Shown here: positions 10,264-21,080 of the stretch, piece after piece
How the letters are laid out: the number at the start of each line of letters is the position of its first letter
Position numbering within the stretch: position 1 is the first letter of the stretch
Virus record (IMG/VR): IMGVR_UViG_3300029288_000059
Coordinates: 32,001-96,000 of that record
Source of the DNA: a virus
Lineage: Duplodnaviria > Heunggongvirae > Uroviricota > Caudoviricetes
Reading direction: 5' to 3' (one strand)
Length of the DNA: 64,000 nucleotides
Made by a program: the position numbers and the translations under genes
Notes under the pieces: generated by a model
Seen by the model: the letters and a program-made list of their open reading frames with translations, nothing else
What the model was told of the DNA's origin: nothing
The model's database searches: none

Positions 10264-12405
10264 TTAACCCTTCAAATACTTTTGGACTGTACTGTTGTTA
10301 GAATTAACTATATCGGAAGATGATATATCGGATAACTTAAACATATCTAATACTTGAGTAAATTTACCACTATCGAATGTCGATTGTACTGTGCGTACTG
10401 AATATATACCTTTTAAGAACATACTATCCTTAATCATCAATTCACCCGTATCCTCATCTAATTTATTGACTGTCTTAAATGCAATCATTACATTGGGTGG
10501 TTCTAATACGGTCTTGTCTATACCAGGAATATTATAACTGGAATTATCTTTAGTATAACGAGTAGTATGATTTTTATTTTTAGTATTAATAGTAGTACCC
10601 AAATATATAGGATCGCCTTTAATCGTCAAACTCATTTGAAGCATACAAGTAGTTGAATATGCCTGTTCCAATGCATTCATTCTTGTTTCTGCTTTAAGAT
10701 TAGGATTGATTGGCCCGGATTTATTACCACTATTTGTTTGTGGGGTACTCACATTCTGTGGTATCTTCAACGAAGTTGTATCGCTTAAACTATTAACACT
10801 GGAATCAACATCACTCAAATATGTTATACGATTAGTCTTATTACTAGATGTACCACCATTACTAGATTGTGTTGTATTTGAAGTCTTAGTCAAGGAATTA
10901 TTATCGGATGAGTTTGATAATTTATTAGATGAATTAGACGCGACACTTTTATCATTAGTACTTGTGCCATTTGTTGATTTAGTAATATCTGTTACATTTG
11001 TATCCTTTGGATTTAACTGTGATATTTGGGCCGTTGTATTGGCTGAAAATTGTGTTAATCCTCTTGATAAGATAGACATATAAGCAATGTCTAAGTTTAT
11101 CTTACAATCTAATACACTGTCATTCTTACCTGTATAGATGTAATTATATTTTCTAATCAAACGTTTAGCCACGTCATCAATAATAGTGTTCTTGTCTATA
11201 TTTGATGAAATTATGTTGGTATCAATCTTATCATTAACAACTGGAATTAAGTAATATGTAGTTATACCAATAGGTTCTTTAGTGACTTCATGTACTTTTT
11301 TAAGTTCAAAAATTGGGACTACACGAATAACCGTTTTAGTTTTATTAGTAGCCTTATCTTCATGGACATATACTAAATCGTTTGATATCTTTTCTACTAT
11401 GGTTTGTATGGTGTCATTTGTTAAAAATGTATAGGTTCTTTTATCAGTTGACACATTATCAATTTGTTGATTGGTAGATGGAATATCGATAAATTTAGAA
11501 TTGAATATTTCTAAACTTTTATCATACGCAAATTGGACATAGGTCGATAATCCCCAATGTTTCAACTTACCATTCTTTAAATTATTATTAATAGTATCTT
11601 GTATATTGGATAGTAATTTAGAAAATGTATCTAAATTTTTATCAGGTAAGTCAATCGTTATAGCATTATTAAGTACAAATGAATTAGTATCAAATCCTAA
11701 TTGGTCGTACGCAATAGTAGACATTTTATATAAAGTAGAACCTGTATTAACCGTTGGTACGATATTCAACAACTTCAATGGGAACTCGTATTGTAATTGA
11801 ATACCATCTTTATCATTTAGTAACGGTTTAGCTTCACCTGTTTCTGTATCATAACCATTAAATGATAGATGAAGTATTAATGGCATACTTGAGATAGACC
11901 CTTGATAATTATAACTATGTGAGTATGCCAATAATTGGTCTAGTAAATTAATTCCAAATGGTTCTACTAATGTAAAGTCTATATTGGTTGTAGTGACATT
12001 TTTAGTTAGTGAATTAGAGGCAAGAATTGTATTAATGGTTAAATTATCAATCCCTATCTCGGTTACACCCGATTTAGCAATTACTAACTTTTCTTGAAAT
12101 TCATACGTACTACCACTATTACGAGCATTTGTATATTGAATCATATCTGAACAGGATGGTATGAATAATTCTAAATTATAACTGACGTTGTCATAATCAT
12201 TTAATGGATTTTGTGGTACATCACTTGTATCTTCAGAAGAAGCATGAGACGAGTATTTCGTAGCCGTATCATCGTTTTTAGGTACACTGGAGGCGAATCT
12301 ATTGTTAGTATTAGTAATTGTAGTATTCGTAGTATTCGTTGTATTACCCTCTACATTCGCCGTAGATTTAAACTTATTAGGTACATACGTAATATTATCA
12401 GCCAT
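10264..12405 (-). CDS. Baseplate hub protein (gp27-like)
   Basis: NPLNDY..YN, EPFG..L, YNYIYTGKN..VLD, IKGDP.YL, G.Y.V..V.S.F..GKFTQ.L; directly upstream of gp5-like gene. Confidence 0.55.
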   Translation of the reverse strand: MADNITYVPNKFKSTANVEGNTTNTTNTTITNTNNRFASSVPKNDDTATKYSSHASSEDTSDVPQNPLNDYDNVSYNLELFIPSCSDMIQYTNARNSGSTYEFQEKLVIAKSGVTEIGIDNLTINTILASNSLTKNVTTTNIDFTLVEPFGINLLDQLLAYSHSYNYQGSISSMPLILHLSFNGYDTETGEAKPLLNDKDGIQLQYEFPLKLLNIVPTVNTGSTLYKMSTIAYDQLGFDTNSFVLNNAITIDLPDKNLDTFSKLLSNIQDTINNNLKNGKLKHWGLSTYVQFAYDKSLEIFNSKFIDIPSTNQQIDNVSTDKRTYTFLTNDTIQTIVEKISNDLVYVHEDKATNKTKTVIRVVPIFELKKVHEVTKEPIGITTYYLIPVVNDKIDTNIISSNIDKNTIIDDVAKRLIRKYNYIYTGKNDSVLDCKINLDIAYMSILSRGLTQFSANTTAQISQLNPKDTNVTDITKSTNGTSTNDKSVASNSSNKLSNSSDNNSLTKTSNTTQSSNGGTSSNKTNRITYLSDVDSSVNSLSDTTSLKIPQNVSTPQTNSGNKSGPINPNLKAETRMNALEQAYSTTCMLQMSLTIKGDPIYLGTTINTKNKNHTTRYTKDNSSYNIPGIDKTVLEPPNVMIAFKTVNKLDEDTGELMIKDSMFLKGIYSVRTVQSTFDSGKFTQVLDMFKLSDISSSDIVNSNNSTVQKYLKG

Positions 12406-12689
12406 TATGCACCAACCATTTTAAGCATTCTAACTTTGGTTGGAATACGAATGGTAATTCCTGTTTTAAAATCAAATACCATATCCCGTAATATTTCTTG
12501 ATTCATCTGTTTAAGTACGAATGCATACGTATTATCTCCGTATGTATCATAACAGAATTTACCAGGTTTAAAATTATACGTAGTTGTGATAGTATAAAAA
12601 GTATCAGTATCATCATTAGGAGTATTAATTGGGTCTAACGGTGCCATATACCATGTTATAGAATTTGTATTTTTATATGGATTTGTCAT
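12405..12689 (-). CDS. Small baseplate protein (gp53/LysM-like)
   Basis: P...YD.YG....F...N...D..FDFK.G..I.IP pattern; position in baseplate operon. Confidence 0.55.
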   Translation of the reverse strand: MTNPYKNTNSITWYMAPLDPINTPNDDTDTFYTITTTYNFKPGKFCYDTYGDNTYAFVLKQMNQEILRDMVFDFKTGITIRIPTKVRMLKMVGA

Positions 12690-13433
12690 TTAGCACCACC
12701 CTGGAGTTTTTAATAATTCCCCACTTTTAAACGCATTAAGATCAAATTCTTTTCGAATCTTAGTAGGGTTTGTTTGTACAACTAAGTTAATTGTTATATC
12801 ACATTTATATGGAACTTTAGTTTCTTCATCATTATCATCAAATACAGATTGATAATCAACATCTGATGGTAATGGGAATGAGTAAGACTCAATAATAACA
12901 GGTACTTCATTATACATATACTTACCATAGGCACTAAACAATAGGACTGGTGGTACTATTCCCGCCCGTTCTTCCGCTTTAATCCCTTGTTCCATTTTAG
13001 TAAATGAACGCAAGAAGTGTCTTGTTTCTAACATTAAACGTGCATTTTCTTTTGAGTTAGCAACGAACAACCCATTGATTGATATCGTAGGTGATTTATT
13101 ATTAGTGAAACTACGATAATCATAATTGTTATGAGTAAATTGCATTACTTCCCAATTAGATGAATTGGTTTCGGTAATACTAGGGGTAAATGGAAATATC
13201 AACCCACCCATCTCTTTTATAGTGGACATGAATGTATTATCACTATAAAGAGTATCACTCTTGGGTTTTAGTATTGCATACCATTTTTTAGTAGAAGTTG
13301 TATTGGTAGATGAACTATTATTCGAGGAAGATGATTGTGTTTCAACATCATCTGTATTAGTGGATGAAGTTGTTTGATTCTCAATACTAGAAGCGGAACC
13401 ATTAGATGGAAATGAAATACTACCTGAACTCAT
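12690..13433 (-). CDS. Tail tube initiator / baseplate protein (gp48/gp54-like)
   Basis: FPFTPSI, HFLRSFTKM, PPVLLFSAYG, VPVII motifs; late promoter. Confidence 0.55.
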   Translation of the reverse strand: MSSGSISFPSNGSASSIENQTTSSTNTDDVETQSSSSNNSSSTNTTSTKKWYAILKPKSDTLYSDNTFMSTIKEMGGLIFPFTPSITETNSSNWEVMQFTHNNYDYRSFTNNKSPTISINGLFVANSKENARLMLETRHFLRSFTKMEQGIKAEERAGIVPPVLLFSAYGKYMYNEVPVIIESYSFPLPSDVDYQSVFDDNDEETKVPYKCDITINLVVQTNPTKIRKEFDLNAFKSGELLKTPGWC

Positions 13434-13448
13434 ACGTTACTCCTCGTT

Positions 13449-13464
13449 TATATTTATAAATATA
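13449..13464. promoter_or_regulatory. Bidirectional T4-type late promoter
   Basis: Same 16-bp palindrome TATATTTATAAATATA as at 1785, between divergent genes. Confidence 0.75.
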
Positions 13465-13468
13465 GAAT

Positions 13469-14209
13469 ATGGTGAATTGGAGTATGAATATGCCAGTAAG
13501 TAAGACTAAAGAAAGAACTAAATCAACCATCGATTTGGATTTTTTAAATCCTCAAAATAACCCACTTACGACGAGTAAGAGTAGTTCTAATTCTATAAGT
13601 AGTGAAGATGAATTTCTTAGTAATAAATCAAAGACTTCACCGACAATTAGAACTGATGCCAAAACACGGGCAATGGCACAAAATTCAATGCGTGATTTGA
13701 TGAATATTGTTACGGATTATGATGTCCCTACTCCTAATAAAACCGAACAATCTGAACCCGATACGAAGAATGCATTAACAGTAAAAGATACTTCATTATG
13801 GAATAATAAAAATAATAGAGTAACTCCAAATCTTAAGATGCCCAAATATACCACAGTCGACCAATTACCAGGCACAGTACAACAGGGCATACGAAAATTA
13901 GGACAAGACCTATTTAATTCGTTTAATGGTGCCCCTTTAGACCAAATTAAAGTATGGTCTACTTTTACTAATGATAAAGAAGATATGAGTATGGTATCAC
14001 AATATGTAAAAGCTAAAGGGATACGTGATGACGATGCTAATATTGATTTTAGTAACGTATTACCCGGATATACTGCTAAAGTTTCAATTTGGAATACGGA
14101 TGAAAATACGTTTATGTTTGTTAAGGATAAGATGGGTGAATATGTATACTCTTGGCCTGCGGGTAGAGGTAGTAAACTAACGAATAACACGTCAAATCGT
14201 ATTAAATGA
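13469..14209 (+). CDS. Hypothetical late protein
   Basis: 246-aa ORF downstream of late promoter. Confidence 0.6.
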   Translation: MVNWSMNMPVSKTKERTKSTIDLDFLNPQNNPLTTSKSSSNSISSEDEFLSNKSKTSPTIRTDAKTRAMAQNSMRDLMNIVTDYDVPTPNKTEQSEPDTKNALTVKDTSLWNNKNNRVTPNLKMPKYTTVDQLPGTVQQGIRKLGQDLFNSFNGAPLDQIKVWSTFTNDKEDMSMVSQYVKAKGIRDDDANIDFSNVLPGYTAKVSIWNTDENTFMFVKDKMGEYVYSWPAGRGSKLTNNTSNRIK

Positions 14210-14222
14210 AGGACCCGTTAGT

Positions 14223-15521
14223 ATGGTAAACATCTTAAAATTAATAAACGAATATAGGGTCTATAACGATACTGCTTTAAGTGACTACTTGAAACAATAC
14301 ATTCAAAACCCATATCTTTATAAGTTATTTTATAAAGAAATATCTAATAATACCCAATATATGTCTAAAATAACATCTAAACTTACTAATGAATGGGATA
14401 TTAAAGACAGAGAACAAGATACATTACGCGAATTTGAACCAAATGACAACTTAACCAATCAATTAACCCATATAAGGGACTGGTTGACAGCTAGTAATCC
14501 AAATCCAGCCACATTTAACACTATTAAAAATATTGATATGGCTTTTAATATAGCCGACACGTGGTTTAATAAACAAAAAGTGACTAATACACAAGATGGC
14601 GTATCAGGCACTAAATTAATACATACATATAGTGATGGTTATAAGATATTACAACTGCTTACTCCAACAGCACTTGATTACGAGTCACAACACATGGGGC
14701 ATTGTGTGGGTAAAGGGACTTATGATACTAAAGTTACTAGTGGTGATACGATAATATACTCATTACGTGATACTAAAAATATACCCCATGCCACATTGGA
14801 AGTAACTGATAACACACTTAAACAAATAAAAGGTAAGCAAAATCAACCAGTTGTTGAGAAATATCGCGACTATATAACAGATTTTATTAATCTTAATAAC
14901 TTTAAAGATGTTAATGATGTTAAAAATATTGGCATGATTAAATTAGATAACAAAGTATATACACTCAAACAACTTTATGAAATGAAAGATATTATTGTAG
15001 AAGGAAATGTTGATTTATCGAAGTTGGGATTAACCACGTTACCTCATTTCAAAAGCATAGGCGGTATATTTGATTGTGGTGATAACAAATTAACAAGTTT
15101 AGATGGATGCCCAACTTATATAGGTGGTTATTTAGATTGTAGAGGTAACCAATTAACAAGTTTAAAGGGTTGTGCTACTTATATAGGTGGTAGTTTTGAT
15201 TGTCGTTATAACCAATTAACAAGTTTAAAGGGATGTCCTACTAGTATAGGTGGTGGTTTTGTTTGTAGTTTTAACCAACTAACAAGTTTAGAAGGTTGTG
15301 CTACCCGTATAGGTGGTGGGTTTCATTGTCGTTATAACCAATTAACAAGTTTAAAGGGATGTCCTACTAGTATAGGTGGTGGTTTTGTTTGTAGTTTTAA
15401 CCAACTAACAAGTTTAGACGGATGCCCAACTTATATAGGCGGTATATTTGATTGTGGTAATAACAAAGTTAAATTATCACGTCCTAAAGGAGTTAAGATT
15501 AGGGGTAATTTTTATAATTAA
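14223..15521 (+). CDS. MVNILKL-leader protein with PcfJ-like domain and six 21-aa LRR-like repeats
   Basis: ESQHMGHCVG..Y, IYSLRD...PHATLEV, QIKGKQN (PcfJ-like); repeats xxCxxNQLTSLxGCPTxIGG; paralog of 58542. Confidence 0.75.
   Translation: MVNILKLINEYRVYNDTALSDYLKQYIQNPYLYKLFYKEISNNTQYMSKITSKLTNEWDIKDREQDTLREFEPNDNLTNQLTHIRDWLTASNPNPATFNTIKNIDMAFNIADTWFNKQKVTNTQDGVSGTKLIHTYSDGYKILQLLTPTALDYESQHMGHCVGKGTYDTKVTSGDTIIYSLRDTKNIPHATLEVTDNTLKQIKGKQNQPVVEKYRDYITDFINLNNFKDVNDVKNIGMIKLDNKVYTLKQLYEMKDIIVEGNVDLSKLGLTTLPHFKSIGGIFDCGDNKLTSLDGCPTYIGGYLDCRGNQLTSLKGCATYIGGSFDCRYNQLTSLKGCPTSIGGGFVCSFNQLTSLEGCATRIGGGFHCRYNQLTSLKGCPTSIGGGFVCSFNQLTSLDGCPTYIGGIFDCGNNKVKLSRPKGVKIRGNFYN
15060..15460 (+). repeat. 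63-bp tandem repeats (21-aa LRR-like units)
   Basis: AACCAATTAACAAGTTTA recurs at 63-bp spacing; a ~90-bp block is repeated at a 126-bp offset (about 15200 and 15326). Confidence 0.9.
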
Positions 15522-15632
15522 ACTTTAACTTTTTATGTAGTTAATAAATAAAACAATTTGACATTCAAATATATCTCGTTATTATAGAATAACGTTCAAC
15601 TATTATGAACTAATTCTATAAGGGGTAGTACA

Positions 15633-16475
15633 ATGGCTAAGACTAATTATATATCAAATAAGAATCTATTAAGAGAAATTAATAACTCAAAGATGACTTA
15701 CTGTCAAGTATTGGATAAGAAATACCATGTATTTGATTATATTACGGAAGATTTAACTAATATTACTGATGAATTATTTCAAGAAATCAAAACTAAACGT
15801 AAAAGTAGACTCGAAGGAATTGAGATTGATAAGTTAAATAAGAAGAGTAAAACTTACCAACAAGAAAGAGCTAGTATTAATATTGATGTTAATGACGAAG
15901 ATGTAGTTATACGATTAATGACCAAAGAACATATAATTCCCTATATTACTGGTAAGATTAAGATTAACTTCCCCCCATTTAAACATTTTATTAAACAAGA
16001 TAATCAATGGGTAGAAGTTGTTCGTTCTCATTGGGAAGGTGATTTCACAACAGGTAAGTTAAATTTAAATAAGGGTAAATTATCAAATGAACTAGTTTTA
16101 ATGTTTATGGCATTAGCAAAGAGATATTCTTTTGTGGGTAAGTTTAGAGATTATACTTATAGAGAAGATATGGTAAGTGAAGCAACATTACATCTATGCA
16201 TTAATTGTTTAAAATTTAATGAGAGTCGTTCGGATAATCCATTTTCATTCTATACAACGTTAGTTACCAACTGTTTCAAAGCAACTTTAAAGATTGAAGC
16301 TAAATATCGAGATTTAAAAGATGATATTGCAATGGAAAATAATATGCCTGCATCATTTAACTCACAAGATTATCTTATTGAGGAAGCAAGTAAAGCATAT
16401 TACTCTAATGACCAAAGTTATGGACATAGTGTCTTTGTAGACGCAGAAAAAGGTATAGTTACAAATGATTTATAA
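15633..16475 (+). CDS. Late-transcription sigma factor (T4 gp55-like)
   Basis: NYISNKNLLREI, YTYREDMVSEA, KFNESRSDNPFSFYT; upstream of gp47/gp46 as in T4. Confidence 0.8.
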   Translation: MAKTNYISNKNLLREINNSKMTYCQVLDKKYHVFDYITEDLTNITDELFQEIKTKRKSRLEGIEIDKLNKKSKTYQQERASINIDVNDEDVVIRLMTKEHIIPYITGKIKINFPPFKHFIKQDNQWVEVVRSHWEGDFTTGKLNLNKGKLSNELVLMFMALAKRYSFVGKFRDYTYREDMVSEATLHLCINCLKFNESRSDNPFSFYTTLVTNCFKATLKIEAKYRDLKDDIAMENNMPASFNSQDYLIEEASKAYYSNDQSYGHSVFVDAEKGIVTNDL

Positions 16476-17208
16476 TGAAGATTGTCTTATTGGATTAAAA
16501 CGTATTCCTGATAAGTCGATTGACGCTTGTATTACAGACCCACCGTATTCATTAAATAAAGATTATGGTAATGATTCAGATAAGTTATCAAAGGCAGATT
16601 ACTTAGCATTTATGTATGAGTGGATTGATGAAGTTGATAGAGTATTAAAAGATAATGGTAGTTTTTATATCTTCTTGTCATGGCAATATAGTCCTGAGAT
16701 ATTTTCATATATTAAAACAAAGATGAATATGGTTAATGAAATTATATGGGACCGTAGAGTTCCTAGTATGGGAGGGTCTACAAGAAGTTATTCATCAGTA
16801 CATGATAATATTGGATTCTTTGTTAAGGGTAAAGGATATACTTTTAATATAGATGATATTAGAATTCCTTATGATGAAGAAACAAAAAAGAAACGGTCAA
16901 GAAAACGATTTGAGGGTGCCAAATGGTTGGAACTAGGTTGTAATCCTAAAGATGTATGGTCAATTAGTAGAATACATGGTCAATCACAAGAACGTCAACC
17001 CCATCCTACCCAAAAACCATTAGAGTTGATTAACCGTTTAGTATTAGCAAGTTCAAATGAGAATGATACAATATTAGACCCGTTTCTTGGTAGTGGTACC
17101 ACTGCAATTTCCTGTATAAATTTAAAGAGAAATATTATTGGATTTGAATTGAATCCAATATACTATACTCAAGTACTTAAAAGAATACAGGATAATAGTA
17201 ATGGATAA
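16465..17208 (+). CDS. N6-A/N4-C DNA methyltransferase, beta class
   Basis: DPPY catalytic motif precedes HPTQKP and DPFLGSGTT SAM-binding motif. Confidence 0.92.
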   Translation: MIYNEDCLIGLKRIPDKSIDACITDPPYSLNKDYGNDSDKLSKADYLAFMYEWIDEVDRVLKDNGSFYIFLSWQYSPEIFSYIKTKMNMVNEIIWDRRVPSMGGSTRSYSSVHDNIGFFVKGKGYTFNIDDIRIPYDEETKKKRSRKRFEGAKWLELGCNPKDVWSISRIHGQSQERQPHPTQKPLELINRLVLASSNENDTILDPFLGSGTTAISCINLKRNIIGFELNPIYYTQVLKRIQDNSNG

Positions 17209-18226
17209 TTTATTTGAGCGAGCGATAGTATTTTCCGATTTACATTTGGGATTGAAGAATAATAGTAAGGAACATAATGTAGATTGTACTAAGTATATTG
17301 ATTGGTTAATTAAAGAGAATAAAACTCTTAAGGCGGAAACATTATTATTCCTTGGTGATTTTCATCATGTTAGGAATGCCATATATACGAGTACATTGGA
17401 TTATAGTATTCGAATTTTACGCAAATTATCAAAGAATTTTAAGGATGTATATTTCTTAGTTGGTAATCACGATATGCACTTTCGTGATAAACGTGATATT
17501 ACGTCATTAGAGTTTTTACGTGAATATCCAAATATACACTTAATTGATGAACCTACTTCGGTTGGTAATTGCTTATTACTTCCATGGTTAATTGATGATG
17601 AATGGAAGGAAGTTCCGAAGAGTGAAGCCAAATATGTATTTGGTCATTTAGAATTACCGGATTTCTTCCTCAATGCAAAAATAGTTATGAGTGACAAGGG
17701 TGAGCTAAATAGTAAATTATTAATGAACCCCGATTATGTATTCTCAGGACATTTTCATAAACGTCAAAAGAGAGATAAGGTTGTATATATCGGGAATGCA
17801 TTCCCTCATAATTATGCCGATATTGGGGATGAGAATGAACGTGGCTTTATGTTTTTAAAATGGGACGAAACACCAAGATTCCATACATGGCCGGAAACAC
17901 CAAAATATATGAATGCAAGTCTTGTTTATATATTGAATAATTTAGGAATGTTGGATTCCAAAACATTTTTAAAAATACAAATTCCAAGTGATATAAACGC
18001 ACTTGATATTGCTTATGTAAAAGAAACATTGTTATCATATTTTAAATTAAGGGAAGCATCCTTAGTTTTTACAAATGACGTATATGATAGTATAGAGGGG
18101 ACGATTGATGATATGGACAATGAAGAATTTGAAAGCATAGACGATATAATTATTACTTTACTTCGTAACGTAGAATCAAGTACACTAGATAAAGAAATGT
18201 TAGTGGACTTATATGGGATGTTATGA
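17201..18226 (+). CDS. Recombination endonuclease subunit (gp47, Mre11/SbcD-like)
   Basis: SDLHLG, LGDFHH, GNHD, FGHLE, SGHFH phosphoesterase motifs. Confidence 0.9.
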   Translation: MDNLFERAIVFSDLHLGLKNNSKEHNVDCTKYIDWLIKENKTLKAETLLFLGDFHHVRNAIYTSTLDYSIRILRKLSKNFKDVYFLVGNHDMHFRDKRDITSLEFLREYPNIHLIDEPTSVGNCLLLPWLIDDEWKEVPKSEAKYVFGHLELPDFFLNAKIVMSDKGELNSKLLMNPDYVFSGHFHKRQKRDKVVYIGNAFPHNYADIGDENERGFMFLKWDETPRFHTWPETPKYMNASLVYILNNLGMLDSKTFLKIQIPSDINALDIAYVKETLLSYFKLREASLVFTNDVYDSIEGTIDDMDNEEFESIDDIIITLLRNVESSTLDKEMLVDLYGML

Positions 18227-18227
18227 T

Positions 18228-18434
18228 ATGTATCGGTTAGACCAAGGAAGTAAGTTAGAAATTTATCCTACATTGACATTACCTAATAAACAAGGTGGCT
18301 GTAAAAATATTATATGGAAAACATCAATATTTAACCCTATTAAATATAACGTACTAACTATCTACAATGGTAAAGTAGTGAAGTTTAAATATATTAAAGG
18401 GAATCATAGGGTGATAGATAGTGATAACGTTTAA
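18228..18434 (+). CDS. Degenerate LEPY-family-like small protein between gp47 and gp46
   Basis: MYR...KLEIY start with KNII and KFKYIKG family motifs. Confidence 0.4.
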   Translation: MYRLDQGSKLEIYPTLTLPNKQGGCKNIIWKTSIFNPIKYNVLTIYNGKVVKFKYIKGNHRVIDSDNV

Positions 18435-20223
18435 TAAGTTATACATTCGTAATTTTATGTCTTTTGGTAACGTAACGGAAGAGATTGAATTAACAAAAGA
18501 ACAAGTAACTCTTATATTGGGTGAAAACCGTGATAAGGGAATTAATACGGGTGAACGTAATGGTGTAGGTAAGTCTTCTATCGCTATGGCATTACATTAT
18601 GCAATTACGGGTAAATCGATTGGTAATAAGATTAAACTATCCAATCTTATTAATAAGACGAATCGAAAGAATATGGAAGTCACACTCGAATTCTCCAAGA
18701 ACAATGTTCAATATAAGATTGAACGTGGTCGTCATCCTGAATATTTAAGATTTTATATACAAGATAACTTAGTTGTGGAAGATGCTGCACAAGGCGAAAA
18801 GAAAGATACTCAATTAGAGATATATAGACATTTGGGTATGAGTGCTGAACTGTTAAACCAAACAGTATTATTAACAACTTATGTTGAACAATTTCTCGAC
18901 CAAGGTGGAACAGAACAAAAGAACCTAATAGAAGAGTTACTTGGTATATCACTACTCACACAAAAGTCCGATAAATTAAAAGAGTTGATAAAAGTTACAA
19001 AACAAGCAATAGAACAAGAAGAATTTAAGATTAAAACTATCAATGACTCTAATAATAGATTATTAGAAGTTTATGAAGATGAACAAAATAGATTGTCATC
19101 TAAATTAAAAGAATGGGATATAACACATACTAATGCTATACAAAATTTACTATTGGATATAGAAACATTATCCACTGTTGATATTGAAAAAGAATTACAA
19201 AACCACGAAACAATGACTACGTGGAATATGTTGAATGATATGGTTATTAGAGCTACTAAAGATAAGTATTCATTAGAGAATAATCGTAAGTCTATACTAC
19301 GTGATATTAACACCATATCAGCTCGTATAGTGGAGATTGAAAAGAATATACAATGTGTCAATGAAGATATTTGTCCTACTTGTAAGCAGACTATATCCAA
19401 TAAGGAATTGATGATACAGACATTTACTAAGTCTTTAAATGATGAAGTAACTAAATTGGAAGGTAAGAAGAAAGATATTGTTGATGTTGATAATCGTATA
19501 AGTGAATGTATGGATAACATTGTTGCTATGCCACCCAAACCAACATTGTCATATAATAACATCAAAGATGTTTATTCCCATAAGGATAGATTACAGGAAA
19601 AAGTTAATAAACTAACTCATATACAAAATGAAGTTAATCCTTATATTGAACAGTTACAAAATAAACAAAAAATCCCGTTACAGGAGATATCACGTGAGGT
19701 ATATGATGACCTTAATAATATATTAACTCATCAAGTATTTTTGTTTCAAATGTTGTCATCCAAAAGTAGTTATGCACGTAAGCAAATATTGGAACGCAAT
19801 CTACAACACTTAAATATAAAACTTAAAAAGTATTTGGAGAAGTTGGGATTACCACATAAAGTTAAGATACTTGGTGATTTAAGTGTCGAGATAAACCACT
19901 TAGGGGAAGAATATGATTATGCGAACCTCAGTCGAGGGCAAAGAACAAGATTAACACTGGCTCTAATGTTTAGTTTTCGTGATGTATGGGAAAGCAGCAA
20001 TGATTCCATTAACTTAATGTTTATGGATGAAATTATTGATTTAGGATTAGATGATGCCGGTATGGAATCTGCATTAGAAATATTAAAGAGTTTTGCTCGT
20101 GATAGAGGTAGAAATATATTTCTTGTATCACATAAAGATAGTTTATGCTCACGTGTTAGTTCTACTATGAAAGTTATATACGAAGTTGGATTTAGTCGCA
20201 CTGAATGGGTTAATAATGTATAA
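18421..20223 (+). CDS. Recombination ATPase subunit (gp46, Rad50/SbcC-like)
   Basis: NFMSFGN, NGVGKS Walker A, CPTC hook, LSRGQ signature, MDE Walker B, SH. Confidence 0.92.
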   Translation: MITFNKLYIRNFMSFGNVTEEIELTKEQVTLILGENRDKGINTGERNGVGKSSIAMALHYAITGKSIGNKIKLSNLINKTNRKNMEVTLEFSKNNVQYKIERGRHPEYLRFYIQDNLVVEDAAQGEKKDTQLEIYRHLGMSAELLNQTVLLTTYVEQFLDQGGTEQKNLIEELLGISLLTQKSDKLKELIKVTKQAIEQEEFKIKTINDSNNRLLEVYEDEQNRLSSKLKEWDITHTNAIQNLLLDIETLSTVDIEKELQNHETMTTWNMLNDMVIRATKDKYSLENNRKSILRDINTISARIVEIEKNIQCVNEDICPTCKQTISNKELMIQTFTKSLNDEVTKLEGKKKDIVDVDNRISECMDNIVAMPPKPTLSYNNIKDVYSHKDRLQEKVNKLTHIQNEVNPYIEQLQNKQKIPLQEISREVYDDLNNILTHQVFLFQMLSSKSSYARKQILERNLQHLNIKLKKYLEKLGLPHKVKILGDLSVEINHLGEEYDYANLSRGQRTRLTLALMFSFRDVWESSNDSINLMFMDEIIDLGLDDAGMESALEILKSFARDRGRNIFLVSHKDSLCSRVSSTMKVIYEVGFSRTEWVNNV

Positions 20224-20235
20224 CTTGGGGGTAAT

Positions 20236-20424
20236 ATGAAAAGAGCAATAGAACCTTATATTGTTAAGGTTAATCAATATAATGATGATGTACCTAAATA
20301 TAGTAAATCTATAATCACAAAACGTGATACTGATATTCGTTGCAATGAATTACCTGATATGTTTCATAATACTGTGAGTATAAATGATTTTAAATATACG
20401 AACAACATACTAATACGATGGTGA
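20236..20424 (+). CDS. LEPY-family protein
   Basis: MKRAIEPY; SIITKRD; FKY. Confidence 0.6.
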   Translation: MKRAIEPYIVKVNQYNDDVPKYSKSIITKRDTDIRCNELPDMFHNTVSINDFKYTNNILIRW

Positions 20425-20430
20425 CAATGA

Positions 20431-20856
20431 ATGTATAGAACGCTGGAACCATATAATGAACTAGAATCAATAACAAGGAGGTTCTTTGCACATGGTCATC
20501 TAACTCCTAGTAATGTGAACAAAGCACGTTTAAATGTATCGAAGGGATTGCCAGTATATCAATATATTGATGGTAATGGGTTTTATGGAATTGTTTGGAG
20601 TGGAGTAAAGATTAGTAATCTTATTTCACGTTTTGAAATAAAAACATTCGTTGGTAACTCACATGAAGTTGAACAGAATTTTAAATATGTACTTGGTAAT
20701 TTTAAATTGTTAAACTCACCAACTAATAGTTATATATCAAACTTTAATAACTGTCCTTTGTTTATAGGTGGTAAATTTAGTTGTGATGTCCCGTTTAATA
20801 TCGGACTAACTATTAATGAGAAATGCCAAATTGAAATTTATTCGGGTGAGACATGA
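20431..20856 (+). CDS. LEPY-family protein with one LRR-like unit
   Basis: MYRTLEPY; FKYVLGNF; CPLFIGGKFSC. Confidence 0.7.
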   Translation: MYRTLEPYNELESITRRFFAHGHLTPSNVNKARLNVSKGLPVYQYIDGNGFYGIVWSGVKISNLISRFEIKTFVGNSHEVEQNFKYVLGNFKLLNSPTNSYISNFNNCPLFIGGKFSCDVPFNIGLTINEKCQIEIYSGET

Positions 20857-21080
20857 GACGCACATTAGAACCCATTAATATGATGATTATAATATCAGAA
20901 CCAATAAATCACTATATTAATGCTATTGAACGTACGAATTCATTTAGAGATGATTGCTATACATCAAGTTTTAAATTTCGAACTTATGATTATAAGTTCA
21001 TTGATTTCGGTATACAACATCCAATACTCCTATTGCCATATAACTCTTTTGGACTGAATGATTATTATTTTCACTATTAA
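20853..21080 (+). CDS. LEPY-family protein
   Basis: MRRTLEPI; ATGA-coupled to previous gene. Confidence 0.55.
   Translation: MRRTLEPINMMIIISEPINHYINAIERTNSFRDDCYTSSFKFRTYDYKFIDFGIQHPILLLPYNSFGLNDYYFHY

Noticed and set aside
15060-15460. 63-bp repeats as a CRISPR array or DGR template/variable repeat
   Set aside because: The repeats are in-frame coding units with no unique spacers. Variation is not adenine-specific, and no cas or reverse transcriptase gene is visible.
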